Shown: piece after piece, positions 1-8,395 of the stretch
How positions within the stretch are numbered: position 1 is the stretch's first letter
Layout: each line of letters begins with the position of its first letter
DNA from: an uncultured Mycoplasmatota bacterium
GTDB lineage: Bacteria; Bacillota_I; Bacilli_A; RF39; UBA660
Direction of reading: 5' to 3'
Length of the DNA stretch: 64,000 nt
NCBI GenBank assembly: GCA_900543825.1
Contig: UQSR01000003.1
Location: forward strand, 825-64,824
Made by a program: the position numbers and the translations under genes
The notes under the pieces: model-generated
The model's input: only the letters and a program-made list of their open reading frames with translations
The model's database searches: none
What the model was told of the DNA's origin: nothing

Positions 1-416
1 AACTTATTGAATATATGACAGAAAAGGGTTACGAATGTGTTGATTATGGCACAGGCTATGATGAAAACGGAGAAATTATTAAGTGCGATTATCCAAACAA
101 GGGTCGTGAAGTTGGTGAAGCAGTTGTAAGAAAAGATGTAGATTACGGTGTACTTATGTGTGGAACCGGAATCGGTATTTCTGTTGCAGCAAACAAGGTT
201 CCAGGTGTAATTGCAGCAGTTTGCAGCGAACCTTATTCGGCAAAACTTACAAAGCAGCATAACAATGCTAATGTTATTGCTTTTGGCGCAAGAGTTGTTG
301 GAGTAGAACTTGCAAAAATGATTCTTGATGAATTTTTTGGAGCAGAGTTTGAAGGTGGAAGACATCAGGCAAGAGTTGACATGATTCATGGAATTGAAGC
401 AGATTATAGCAAATAA
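1..416 (+). CDS. rpiB: Ribose-5-phosphate isomerase B (RpiB/LacAB family), 5'-truncated by the window edge
   Basis: The reading frame is open to the left edge. RpiB/LacAB motifs MCGTGIGISVAANK and GGRHQARV are present. About 20 N-terminal residues of a typical ~150-aa RpiB are missing. Confidence 0.8.
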   Translation, partial: LIEYMTEKGYECVDYGTGYDENGEIIKCDYPNKGREVGEAVVRKDVDYGVLMCGTGIGISVAANKVPGVIAAVCSEPYSAKLTKQHNNANVIAFGARVVGVELAKMILDEFFGAEFEGGRHQARVDMIHGIEADYSK

Positions 417-465
417 GATTTACAAAATTAGAATAAACTATAGTAAATAAGGTTTGTAAAAATAG

Positions 466-492
466 AAAAGAGTTATTGACAGACTCTTTTTT
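466..492. terminator. Bidirectional rho-independent terminator between convergent rpiB and the SASP gene
   Basis: Stem aaaagagt (466-473) pairs with actctttt (483-490) around a 9-nt loop. The hairpin has an A-run on its left and a T-run on its right. Confidence 0.65.
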
Positions 493-508
493 ATTTTATA
501 TAAACAAC

Positions 509-718
509 TTATTTGTTTTGGTAATTAGAACCACTAAGTTGGTTTTGTCCTAATTGAACTAATCTCTTAGTAATTTCTCCACCAACTGAACCATTAGCTC
601 TAGAAGTTGAATCAGGTCCTAAGTTAACACCAAATTCGTTAGCTATTTCATATTTCATTCTATCGATAGCTTGTTTAGCTCCTGGAACTACCATTTTGTT
701 ATTATTACTATTACTCAT
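509..718 (-). CDS. Alpha/beta-type small acid-soluble spore protein (SASP)
   Basis: 69 aa. It carries the SASP signature [10 protein letters not shown]...[23 protein letters not shown] (rc of 727-733) lies upstream of the ATG. Confidence 0.9.
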   Translation of the reverse strand: MSNSNNNKMVVPGAKQAIDRMKYEIANEFGVNLGPDSTSRANGSVGGEITKRLVQLGQNQLSGSNYQNK

Positions 719-741
719 TATCGTTTCACCTCCTACACTAA

Positions 742-770
742 TAGGTTGTGAAATATTGTAAATTTCATAC
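742..770 (-). promoter_or_regulatory. Possible sigma-G-type forespore promoter of the SASP gene
   Basis: The minus strand reads GTATG (766-770), N17, CAACCTA (742-748), compared with the consensus GHATR-N17/18-CATXHTA. There is one mismatch in the -10 and the leader would be very short. Confidence 0.3.
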
Positions 771-793
771 TAACAAATTAATGGTAATTTTTA

Positions 794-1966
794 CTATATA
801 TCAAATTTATTATAATTATTAGTAATCTTTATTACTTCCATATTATTAATAGCTTCTTCAATTAACTTATCATAATCAAAACTATTCTCATATTCTATAG
901 ATAATTTCAAACTAGGATTAATAACTGGATGTTTAGGAACAAAAATAGTACAACAATCCTCATAAGGAAGTATTGAAGTTTCATAAGTATCAATCTTTCT
1001 AGCAATATCCATAATTTCTATCTTATCAAGACAAGCAACTGGTCTAATAACAACTTTATTAGTAACATTATTAATAACATTCATACTAGTCAAAGTTTGA
1101 CTAGCAACTTGTCCAACACTTTCACCATTTATAAGACATAAATAAGAATTATTTTCCATAATTTTAGTGGCTATTCTATACATCATTCTTCTCATAATGG
1201 TTATCATATATGTAGGGACGATATTTTTATATATTGCCTCTTGAATATCCGTAAATTTTATTACATATAAAGTAATATCCGGATTATATTTAGTAAGTTT
1301 TTCCACAAGACGCTTAACTTTATTTTTAGCCATCTCACTAGTATGTGGTGGTGACTCAAAATAAACACAATCAACCTTGATTCCCCTCTTCATAGCAAGA
1401 TATCCCGCTACTGGGGAATCAATTCCTCCTGATAACATAAGAAGACCGCGTCCTGCTACTCCGACTGGATAGCCACCTGACGCCTTAATTTCTTTATGAT
1501 ATATATATGTATAATCTTCTCTTATTTCAATTTTTAATAAATAATCAGGATTATGAACATCTACACTTATATTAGAAATATTCTTAAGTATCAAAGCACC
1601 AATTCTTCTAGAAAAATCCATACTTTGTATCGGAAATGATTTATCTGCTCTATCAGTTTCTACTTTAAATGTTCTAAAATCATTTTCCCTAGCTACCTCT
1701 AAAACATTATCTTCTATTTCACTAATATTAGTATTAACTCTAGTAGCAATAACTATACTATGAATACCAAATATATTCTTAAGAATATTAACAATTTCCA
1801 TAACATCATCATCAGTCTCAATAAACATACGTACTCTATTCTTAACAATATTAACATTATATTCTTCTAATGCTTTTTTAATATTATTATATAAAACATT
1901 AATAAAATACTTACGATTATCCCCTTTAGTAGTAAGTTCTCCATACTTAATTAATATAACCTTCAT
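794..1966 (-). CDS. thiI: tRNA 4-thiouridine synthase / tRNA sulfurtransferase ThiI
   Basis: 390 aa. It has the PP-loop motif LSGGIDSPVAGY, an N-terminal THUMP-type region, and the typical ThiI length and architecture. Confidence 0.9.
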   Translation of the reverse strand: MKVILIKYGELTTKGDNRKYFINVLYNNIKKALEEYNVNIVKNRVRMFIETDDDVMEIVNILKNIFGIHSIVIATRVNTNISEIEDNVLEVARENDFRTFKVETDRADKSFPIQSMDFSRRIGALILKNISNISVDVHNPDYLLKIEIREDYTYIYHKEIKASGGYPVGVAGRGLLMLSGGIDSPVAGYLAMKRGIKVDCVYFESPPHTSEMAKNKVKRLVEKLTKYNPDITLYVIKFTDIQEAIYKNIVPTYMITIMRRMMYRIATKIMENNSYLCLINGESVGQVASQTLTSMNVINNVTNKVVIRPVACLDKIEIMDIARKIDTYETSILPYEDCCTIFVPKHPVINPSLKLSIEYENSFDYDKLIEEAINNMEVIKITNNYNKFDI

Positions 1967-1977
1967 TTATAACCACC

Positions 1978-2346
1978 CTATCCTATATTTCTACAATATG
2001 ATGAATGTTCCTTAAACACAAAAGAATTTCCATCTCTAATAACATATCCACATATCGTACTTTTTTCATTTTGTGGATCTTTAGCATCATCCAAAGTTAA
2101 ATACCCTTCATCTATAAGAGTCGGCACACTAACCTGAGTAAATGTATTTTTATGCTTATCAGCATATAATTCACCAGCAGATATAATAATATTAATAACC
2201 TGTTCTCTTTGTTTAGCCTTACTTCTCTCTACTGAAGAAGTAATACTAGGTATAGCTATCGACATAATAACCACTAAAATAACTAATACCGCAAGAAGTT
2301 CTATCAAAGTAAATCCCTTATTATTCATTTTTTTCATTTGCATCAC
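1978..2346 (-). CDS. Type IV pilin / pseudopilin-like protein with prepilin N-terminal cleavage-methylation motif
   Basis: The motif NKGFTLIELLAVLVILVVIM (G|FTLIE) is followed by a hydrophobic helix. 122 aa with a C-terminal Cys pair. Confidence 0.75.
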   Translation of the reverse strand: MMQMKKMNNKGFTLIELLAVLVILVVIMSIAIPSITSSVERSKAKQREQVINIIISAGELYADKHKNTFTQVSVPTLIDEGYLTLDDAKDPQNEKSTICGYVIRDGNSFVFKEHSSYCRNIG

Positions 2347-2442
2347 CTAAATAAATTATAAAGTATTTTAATTTTATTATCAATACTTTTATATATAATT
2401 AGTACTAAAAATCATATAAAATCAATTATATATCTTTTATTA

Positions 2443-2486
2443 TAAATAGAAAATCCAAATAAAAATTATTAATTTCTATTTGGATT
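2443..2486 (-). terminator. Hairpin terminator downstream of the Rpn-like gene
   Basis: A 10-bp stem, aatccaaata (2452-2461) with tatttggatt (2477-2486), encloses a 15-nt loop. A U-rich tail follows on the minus strand. Confidence 0.45.
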
Positions 2487-2488
2487 AA

Positions 2489-2528
2489 TTTGAGGGGTAA
2501 AATATTTAAATTATTATTAAATATTTTT
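2489..2528. repeat. 40-nt repeat copy A (3' end of the Rpn-like gene plus 28 nt of flank); inverted partner at 60199-60238
   Basis: tttgaggggtaaaatatttaaattattattaaatattttt equals the reverse complement of 60199-60238 except for one base (39/40, compared by hand). Confidence 0.9.
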
Positions 2529-3407
2529 TTCTATTTCTTTTATTTCTTCTACACTCTTATTAGTTATCTCAGATATTGTATTATAATCAATGTTTTTCTT
2601 TAACATACTTCGAATAACATCTATTTTGTTTTCTTCGATACCTTGTTCTATACCTTCATCTTTGGCATAAGCAAGTTGTCCTTCAAGACGAAGACGATTA
2701 TTCTCTTCTACCATCCAATCTTGTATTATTCTATCACTGCTGTTGGCATCTTTAATTTTTACTATAAACTTTTCTTTTTCTTCCATAGTCAAAAGATCAT
2801 CTCCTAACAATTGGGATATTAATTCTATATCATTTATACTACAATATAGTATTGCTCCCCATCTTTCCATTTTTGTTGCATATTTAATCTTTTCAGTATT
2901 ATTATACAACTTTTTATAACATTTTTCAATATCTAAGTTCCATATTTTTATTACTCCATAATCAAGTTCTCTTCCTGTATCTAAATCAGCATAAGCACCT
3001 ATTTGTATTATCTTATTATTTAAATTTCTAAAAGTATTTAAATTTAATTGTCCTACCATCTTAAGACCTAACTCTTTATCAGTCATACCAGATTCTACTA
3101 CTTGATTAGTTATTCTAAATAGTTGAATCATATTTCTTGCGGTAACATTTCTTTCATGTTTATAATTAATTTCAACATTTAGATAATTATCCTTTCCTAT
3201 TCCTATTAACATATCACTTCTATTAACTTTACCTTTTACAGTATATGGCTCTAATTCATAACCAGTAATTATTTCATCTTTATTTATCTTTTCATTAATA
3301 CCAGTAATATCATAAATCATCGTAATTAGAGCATCTCTTTGTCTTAAGAATATACTTTTAAACATTACATCATTACATATTTTTATCTTATCTTTTACAT
3401 CTATCAT
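2517..3407 (-). CDS. Rpn/YhgA-like PD-(D/E)XK nuclease family protein (the 'transposase-like' recombination-promoting nuclease family)
   Basis: 296 aa. The N-terminal core is VNRSDMLIGIG...YLNVEINYK. The C-terminal tail DEGIEQGIEENK...ISEITNKSVEEIKEI is typical of this family. Confidence 0.7.
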   Translation of the reverse strand: MIDVKDKIKICNDVMFKSIFLRQRDALITMIYDITGINEKINKDEIITGYELEPYTVKGKVNRSDMLIGIGKDNYLNVEINYKHERNVTARNMIQLFRITNQVVESGMTDKELGLKMVGQLNLNTFRNLNNKIIQIGAYADLDTGRELDYGVIKIWNLDIEKCYKKLYNNTEKIKYATKMERWGAILYCSINDIELISQLLGDDLLTMEEKEKFIVKIKDANSSDRIIQDWMVEENNRLRLEGQLAYAKDEGIEQGIEENKIDVIRSMLKKNIDYNTISEITNKSVEEIKEIEKNI

Positions 3408-3494
3408 TATTACTCCCTTCTATATTTTACCTCCTCATATATATAAACACCAATTTTTTAATAAAATTGTAATATTTTCCAAAATTTCTAATAA

Positions 3495-3531
3495 AAAACA
3501 AAAAAAGAGTGAAAACTATTGTTTTCACTCT
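3495..3531 (-). terminator. Rho-independent terminator of mutS
   Basis: An 11-bp stem, agagtgaaaac (3506-3516) with gttttcactct (3521-3531), is followed by a T-run of at least 7 on the minus strand. Confidence 0.75.
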
Positions 3532-3547
3532 GTATCATTTTTACTAT

Positions 3548-6100
3548 TTATTTTATTTTTTCTTTTAACTTACTAAGAATATTAATAGCTTCCATAGGAG
3601 TAATATTAAGAACATCAATCTTTTTAATTTCTTCCTCTACTTCACTCTTTTTCTCTTCAAAGTCAAGAGGTAGGCTATATTGAAAAGAATCATCATTCTT
3701 TTTCTTCTTTTTACTAGTAGAGTTATTATTCTTACTTTCATATTCCTTTAATATAACATTAGCTCTATCAATAACCTCACTAGGAAGACCAGCTAACATA
3801 GCAACATTAATACCATAACTTTTATCTACCGAACCATCTTTAACCTTATGTAAGAAAGTAATATTACCACCATCTTCTATAGCGGATACATGTTTATTTT
3901 TCAAATTAGGAAGAGTCCTCTCCATATCAGTAAGTTCATGATAATGTGTAGAAAAAAGTGTCTTACATTTAATTCTTTTAGCAATATATTCTAATATAGC
4001 TTCCGCTAAACTCATACCATCATAAGTAGCAGTACCACGTCCAAGTTCATCAAATAAAATTAAACTATTTTTAGTAGCACCCTTAATAGCCCTTGATGCC
4101 TCCATCATTTCAACCATAAAAGTAGATTCCCCACTTACCAAATCATCACTTGCTCCAATTCTTGTAAATATCTTATCAAATACTGGTAAATTAGCCTCAT
4201 TAGCGGGAACAAAGCAACCAATTTGTGCCATAATAGCAATAATACCAAGTTGTCTCATATAAGTACTTTTACCAGCCATATTAGGACCAGTAATAAGAAT
4301 TATATCAGTATTATTATCCATAATAATATCATTAGGAACATACTCACTATCACGAAGAACCTTCTCTACTACAGGATGACGAGAAGAAATAATCCTAATC
4401 TCATTATTACTATTTAAAGTAGGTCTCGTATAATTATACTTCTCACTAACATAAGCAAAAGATTGTAAAACATCAATCTCACTAATAACCTTAGCATTCT
4501 TTTGCAAAATATTAATATACTTCTTACATTCATCCCTTATACCAATAAATAAATTATATTCCAAATTAATAATCTTATCTTCACTAGATAAAATCAAATC
4601 TTCTTTCTCTTTAAGTATTGGATTAATAAATCTCTCACAATTAGCAAGTGTCTGTTTTCTAGTATAACCCATATCATCAGTAATCATAGATAAGTAAGAA
4701 TTACTAACCTCAATATAATAACCAAATACCTTATTAAATCCAACTTTAAGACCTTTAATACCAGTTCTTTCTCTCTCTTCTCTCTCAAAATTACTAATAA
4801 AGTCCTTACCACCCTTACTTAAATTCTTAAGTTCATCAAGTTCTTTAGAATAACCACTTTTAATAAGAAATCCTTCCTTAAGACCAACAGGAGCATCCTC
4901 ATTAATAGAACTATCAAGTAAATTATAAAGTTCACTAAGCGGTTCAATATCATCATAAAAACCAATAGTATTAATCTTTTCCTTAATACTAGGAAGTACC
5001 TCTAAAGAAGTCTTAAGTTGTAGTAAATCTTTCCCATTAGCAGAACCAAAAGCAATTCTACCACAAAGTCTTTCCAAATCATATACAGAATATAAATCAT
5101 TTCTAAGTTCATCAGTTAAAATAAATTCATCAAGTAACTTAGAAACAATATCATATCTCCTATTTATCATATCCATATCTACTAAAGGATTCTCAATAAA
5201 ATATTTAAGTCTTCTACTTCCCATAGCAGTCTTAGTATTATCAAGAAGCCAAAGTAAAGAATACATTCTCTCTTTAGTTCTAAGACATTCAGTAAGTTCT
5301 AAATTTCTCTTAGTATGAATATCCATAATCAAAGTAGCATCTTCTTTTTTAATAATAACCTTTTGAAAATGAGACAATTCCCTTTTCTGTTCATAACTTA
5401 AATAATAAAGTAATAACTTAATAGATTTAATAATTCTCTCATCACTAATATCACTATAAATATCACTATACATATCATCTAAATAATTCTCTACTATTGT
5501 TACAGGTATCTTTTCATTTTTAATTTTAGCTAAAGTATTCCTATCAAATTCCTTATTAACAATAATCTCTTTAATTTCTAAAGATAACAATTTATATATA
5601 ATATCCAAAGAATTACCAAGAAGCATAGAGTAAACTTCTCCTGTAGTAATATCTGAATAAGTAAGTGCATATCCATATCCAAAATCATATAAACTACCAA
5701 TATAATTATTTTCTTTTTCATTTAAAGAATTAGCATTAATAATAGTACCAGATGATATAACCTCTACTATATCCCTCTTTACTATTCCTTTAGCACTTTT
5801 AGGATCCTCAAGCTGCTCACAAATAGCCACTTTAAATCCATTTTTAATAAGTTTATCAATATATATATCTGCTGCATGATGAGGTATACCACACATAGGA
5901 ACCTTCTCTTCAAGTCCTGCACTCTTACCAGTTAAAGTAAGCTCCAAAGCATGTGAAACAATCTCAGCATCCTCAAAAAACATCTCATAAAAGTCCCCTA
6001 ATCTATATAAAATAATAGTATCTTCATATTTATCTTTAAGTTCAACATAATGTCTCATCATAGGAGATAACTTTTCTCTATCAACTTCATTTCTCTTCAT
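3548..6100 (-). CDS. mutS: DNA mismatch repair protein MutS
   Basis: 850 aa. It has the N-terminal LSPMMRHY, Walker A GPNMAGKST, STHYHEL, and a full MutS domain order. Confidence 0.95.
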   Translation of the reverse strand: MKRNEVDREKLSPMMRHYVELKDKYEDTIILYRLGDFYEMFFEDAEIVSHALELTLTGKSAGLEEKVPMCGIPHHAADIYIDKLIKNGFKVAICEQLEDPKSAKGIVKRDIVEVISSGTIINANSLNEKENNYIGSLYDFGYGYALTYSDITTGEVYSMLLGNSLDIIYKLLSLEIKEIIVNKEFDRNTLAKIKNEKIPVTIVENYLDDMYSDIYSDISDERIIKSIKLLLYYLSYEQKRELSHFQKVIIKKEDATLIMDIHTKRNLELTECLRTKERMYSLLWLLDNTKTAMGSRRLKYFIENPLVDMDMINRRYDIVSKLLDEFILTDELRNDLYSVYDLERLCGRIAFGSANGKDLLQLKTSLEVLPSIKEKINTIGFYDDIEPLSELYNLLDSSINEDAPVGLKEGFLIKSGYSKELDELKNLSKGGKDFISNFEREERERTGIKGLKVGFNKVFGYYIEVSNSYLSMITDDMGYTRKQTLANCERFINPILKEKEDLILSSEDKIINLEYNLFIGIRDECKKYINILQKNAKVISEIDVLQSFAYVSEKYNYTRPTLNSNNEIRIISSRHPVVEKVLRDSEYVPNDIIMDNNTDIILITGPNMAGKSTYMRQLGIIAIMAQIGCFVPANEANLPVFDKIFTRIGASDDLVSGESTFMVEMMEASRAIKGATKNSLILFDELGRGTATYDGMSLAEAILEYIAKRIKCKTLFSTHYHELTDMERTLPNLKNKHVSAIEDGGNITFLHKVKDGSVDKSYGINVAMLAGLPSEVIDRANVILKEYESKNNNSTSKKKKKNDDSFQYSLPLDFEEKKSEVEEEIKKIDVLNITPMEAINILSKLKEKIK

Positions 6101-6167
6101 TTTTATACCTTCTTCGTCCCTTTATTATACCATATAAAATACCAACTTCACAATACAAAAAGACAAA

Positions 6168-6533
6168 TTATTCCATTTGTCTTTTTATCCATTCCATTAT
6201 TAACATAACAATATAATTAATCTCGTTATTAGATAATTCTCTATTCTTCGGAATACCATGCCACTTAAATAAACATCCCCTGCAGCAGCACCCTGTAGCA
6301 TGTTGTGCAATAAATACCGGATGTCCCCTCATAGGAGTCTGCTTTCCATCATTCTTAATATCAATTGGAGCAAGTCTCTTCAAAATAATATCATAAGCAT
6401 GATCCTTTATAATATTCATTCCTTTATCTTTAATATAATTTTTATCCTTATCTTTAAGATAAAAACTATTCCTAAAAGTACTCTTACTAAGACTATTAAG
6501 CTTATCGTTTATTATTTCATATCTCTTATCCAT
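6168..6533 (-). CDS. DUF4186-family protein
   Basis: 121 aa. I recognise the Cys cluster HPVFIAQHATGCCCRGCLFKWHGI as the DUF4186 signature. Confidence 0.55.
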   Translation of the reverse strand: MDKRYEIINDKLNSLSKSTFRNSFYLKDKDKNYIKDKGMNIIKDHAYDIILKRLAPIDIKNDGKQTPMRGHPVFIAQHATGCCCRGCLFKWHGIPKNRELSNNEINYIVMLIMEWIKRQME

Positions 6534-6544
6534 AAAGTATATGA

Positions 6545-7321
6545 TTATACTATAGATCCACCACCATCTATAGCAATAAATTGACCTTCAATATAACTAG
6601 AAGCATCACTAGATAAATATAAAATAGTACCATTAACTTCACCATGTCTACCAGGTCTACTAGAAGGATTTAAAGCATTATATCCACGTAAGAATTCTTC
6701 AGATTTAAATAAAGTATTCTCAGTCATACCAGTTTCAAATAAACCTGGTCCAATAGCATTAACAGTAATATTATACCTAGCATAACTACAAGCCATACCC
6801 TTAGTAAGACCAATAACAGCAGCTTTAGAAGCATTATAAGAATGCCTAATAAACATATCATTCTTATCAGCCACTATAGCATTAACTGAAGAAACATTAA
6901 CAATTTTACCATACATTCTTTCCTTCATACCAGGAATAACATATTTACACATAAAATAAATACCTTTAACATTAGTATTAAAAGATTTATCCCAATCTTC
7001 TTCTTCTAAAGTATCAACTCCACCACGTACAGCAACACCAGCATCATTAAGTAATATATCAATATGATCAAAAGCACTTAGTACCTCATCTACAGCTTTT
7101 TTAACACTATTCTCCTTAGTAACATCACACTCTATACAAATAGCACGTCTTCCTATTTTTTCTATTTCCTTTTTAACCTCTTCTAACTTATCTACTCTTC
7201 TAGCAAGAAGAGCTACATCTGCCCCCATTTCTGCATAAGCAATAGCGGCCTCTTTTCCTATACCACTACTAGCACCGGTTACAACAGCAACCTTACCAGT
7301 TAAATCAAATAAATTTTTCAT
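6545..7321 (-). CDS. SDR-family oxidoreductase (FabG / gluconate 5-dehydrogenase-like)
   Basis: It has the motifs TGASSGIG, NDAG and YNASKAA. I place the start at the ATG at 7321, which lies 7 nt after a GGAGG, rather than at the track start 7339. Confidence 0.85.
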   Translation of the reverse strand: MKNLFDLTGKVAVVTGASSGIGKEAAIAYAEMGADVALLARRVDKLEEVKKEIEKIGRRAICIECDVTKENSVKKAVDEVLSAFDHIDILLNDAGVAVRGGVDTLEEEDWDKSFNTNVKGIYFMCKYVIPGMKERMYGKIVNVSSVNAIVADKNDMFIRHSYNASKAAVIGLTKGMACSYARYNITVNAIGPGLFETGMTENTLFKSEEFLRGYNALNPSSRPGRHGEVNGTILYLSSDASSYIEGQFIAIDGGGSIV

Positions 7322-7395
7322 TTTATACCTCCATATCATAAAAAATTATATCATATTAACGATTAAAAATCTATAAATAAAATACAAATATACAA

Positions 7396-7418
7396 AGAAA
7401 AAAAGCACATATGTGCTT
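7396..7418 (-). terminator. Terminator after gerE
   Basis: The palindrome aagcacatatgtgctt (7403-7418) is followed by a T-run on the minus strand and overlaps the gerE stop codon. Confidence 0.5.
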
Positions 7419-7623
7419 ATAAAGTAATTTCTCCCAAACGTATCAATTCTACTACTGCCTGAGCTCTTCCTTTAACTGATAACTTTTGCATAGTATTAGA
7501 TATATGGTTTCTAACAGTCTTTTCACTTATCCCCAATATCTCTGCTATATCATGAGTAGTTTTATTTTCTACTAATAACGAAAAAACTTCTTTTTCTCTT
7601 TTGGTTAATATACCTTTACTCAT
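7417..7623 (-). CDS. gerE: LuxR/FixJ-type HTH regulator, GerE-like late-sporulation regulator
   Basis: LTKREKEVFSLLVENKTTHDIAEILGISEKTVRNHISNTMQKLSVKGRAQAVVELIRLGE is near-colinear with Bacillus GerE. The start is taken at MSKG (7623), which follows GGAAGTGAGG. Confidence 0.8.
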   Translation of the reverse strand: MSKGILTKREKEVFSLLVENKTTHDIAEILGISEKTVRNHISNTMQKLSVKGRAQAVVELIRLGEITL

Positions 7624-7706
7624 AAATACCTCACTTCCATAAGGGTGGTTATGTTTATTCATATTATTCTATTCAAAAACATAAATAAAGTGAGGTTTAT
7701 TAGTCC

Positions 7707-8198
7707 CTATTTATTAAATTTTACTGATATATACATCTTATCATCAAATTCCTTTTGTACTAATCTCATAATATTATTAGCGGTAGTAGCACTACTATCA
7801 TCAGAATCAAGTACCACTCTAACATTATCTCCATCTATTTTAACAAAATTTTCACAAGAACAACTATCTTTAATCTTAGATTCTAAAGTTTCTTCTTTTG
7901 AAGAATTTTTATTAATAAGCTTTAATTCTTCAAATACTTCATTTTTTTCTTTAGTACTAACTTCACTATTAGTTAGTTTTTCTTTTAAACCATTAATCTT
8001 TTCCTTAACTTCATTCTCATCTTCTACCTTCAAAGCAGAAATCACTGATGACTCTTCTACATTAACAGTACTCTTATCAACCTTTTCATTCTCTAATTTA
8101 CTATCAAAAATTTCACTAGGCATAGTAACATAATAAATTGATAGTACCAATACTAAACTAAATAACGTTAAAAACCACAAATTTTTCTTATTAATCAT
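7707..8198 (-). CDS. spoIIIAH: Stage III sporulation protein AH (SpoIIIAH-like)
   Basis: The N-terminus KKNLWFLTLFSLVLVLSIYYVTMPSE resembles B. subtilis KKQTVWLLTMLSLVVVLSVYYI. It also has an acidic linker and the C-terminal GDNVRVVL...ISVKF. Confidence 0.7.
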   Translation of the reverse strand: MINKKNLWFLTLFSLVLVLSIYYVTMPSEIFDSKLENEKVDKSTVNVEESSVISALKVEDENEVKEKINGLKEKLTNSEVSTKEKNEVFEELKLINKNSSKEETLESKIKDSCSCENFVKIDGDNVRVVLDSDDSSATTANNIMRLVQKEFDDKMYISVKFNK

Positions 8199-8340
8199 AT
8201 TATTCCTCTTTTCTATTAAATTATATTTAATAAATAAAATAATATGATTAAATTAACTCATTTCCTGATGAGCTATAATCTCATCAGGTGATAAAAAACC
8301 TATAGTCTTTTTATCAAACATTTATCTATCACTTTATATA

Positions 8341-8371
8341 ATATTAAAACTGTCGCAAAATTTGCGACAGT
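8341..8371 (-). terminator. Terminator after the TagO/WecA-type gene (end of the glycopolymer locus)
   Basis: An 11-bp stem, actgtcgcaaa (8349-8359) with tttgcgacagt (8361-8371), is followed by TTTAAT on the minus strand. Confidence 0.6.
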
Positions 8372-8395
8372 AACTTATTTTTAATTAAAATATCA

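Noticed and set aside
7645-8133. 162-aa plus-strand ORF in the track (Ser/Leu/Phe-rich)
   Set aside because: It lies entirely antisense to the well-supported spoIIIAH-like gene. Its low-complexity composition is the mirror image of the Glu/Lys/Asn-rich sense frame. It has no RBS and no recognisable family.
8264-8288. CUGAUGAG within the palindrome, considered as a hammerhead ribozyme core
   Set aside because: The motif is present only because it forms one arm of a perfect 9-bp hairpin. The other conserved hammerhead elements (the GAAA/UH cleavage-site arrangement and the three-helix junction) are absent.
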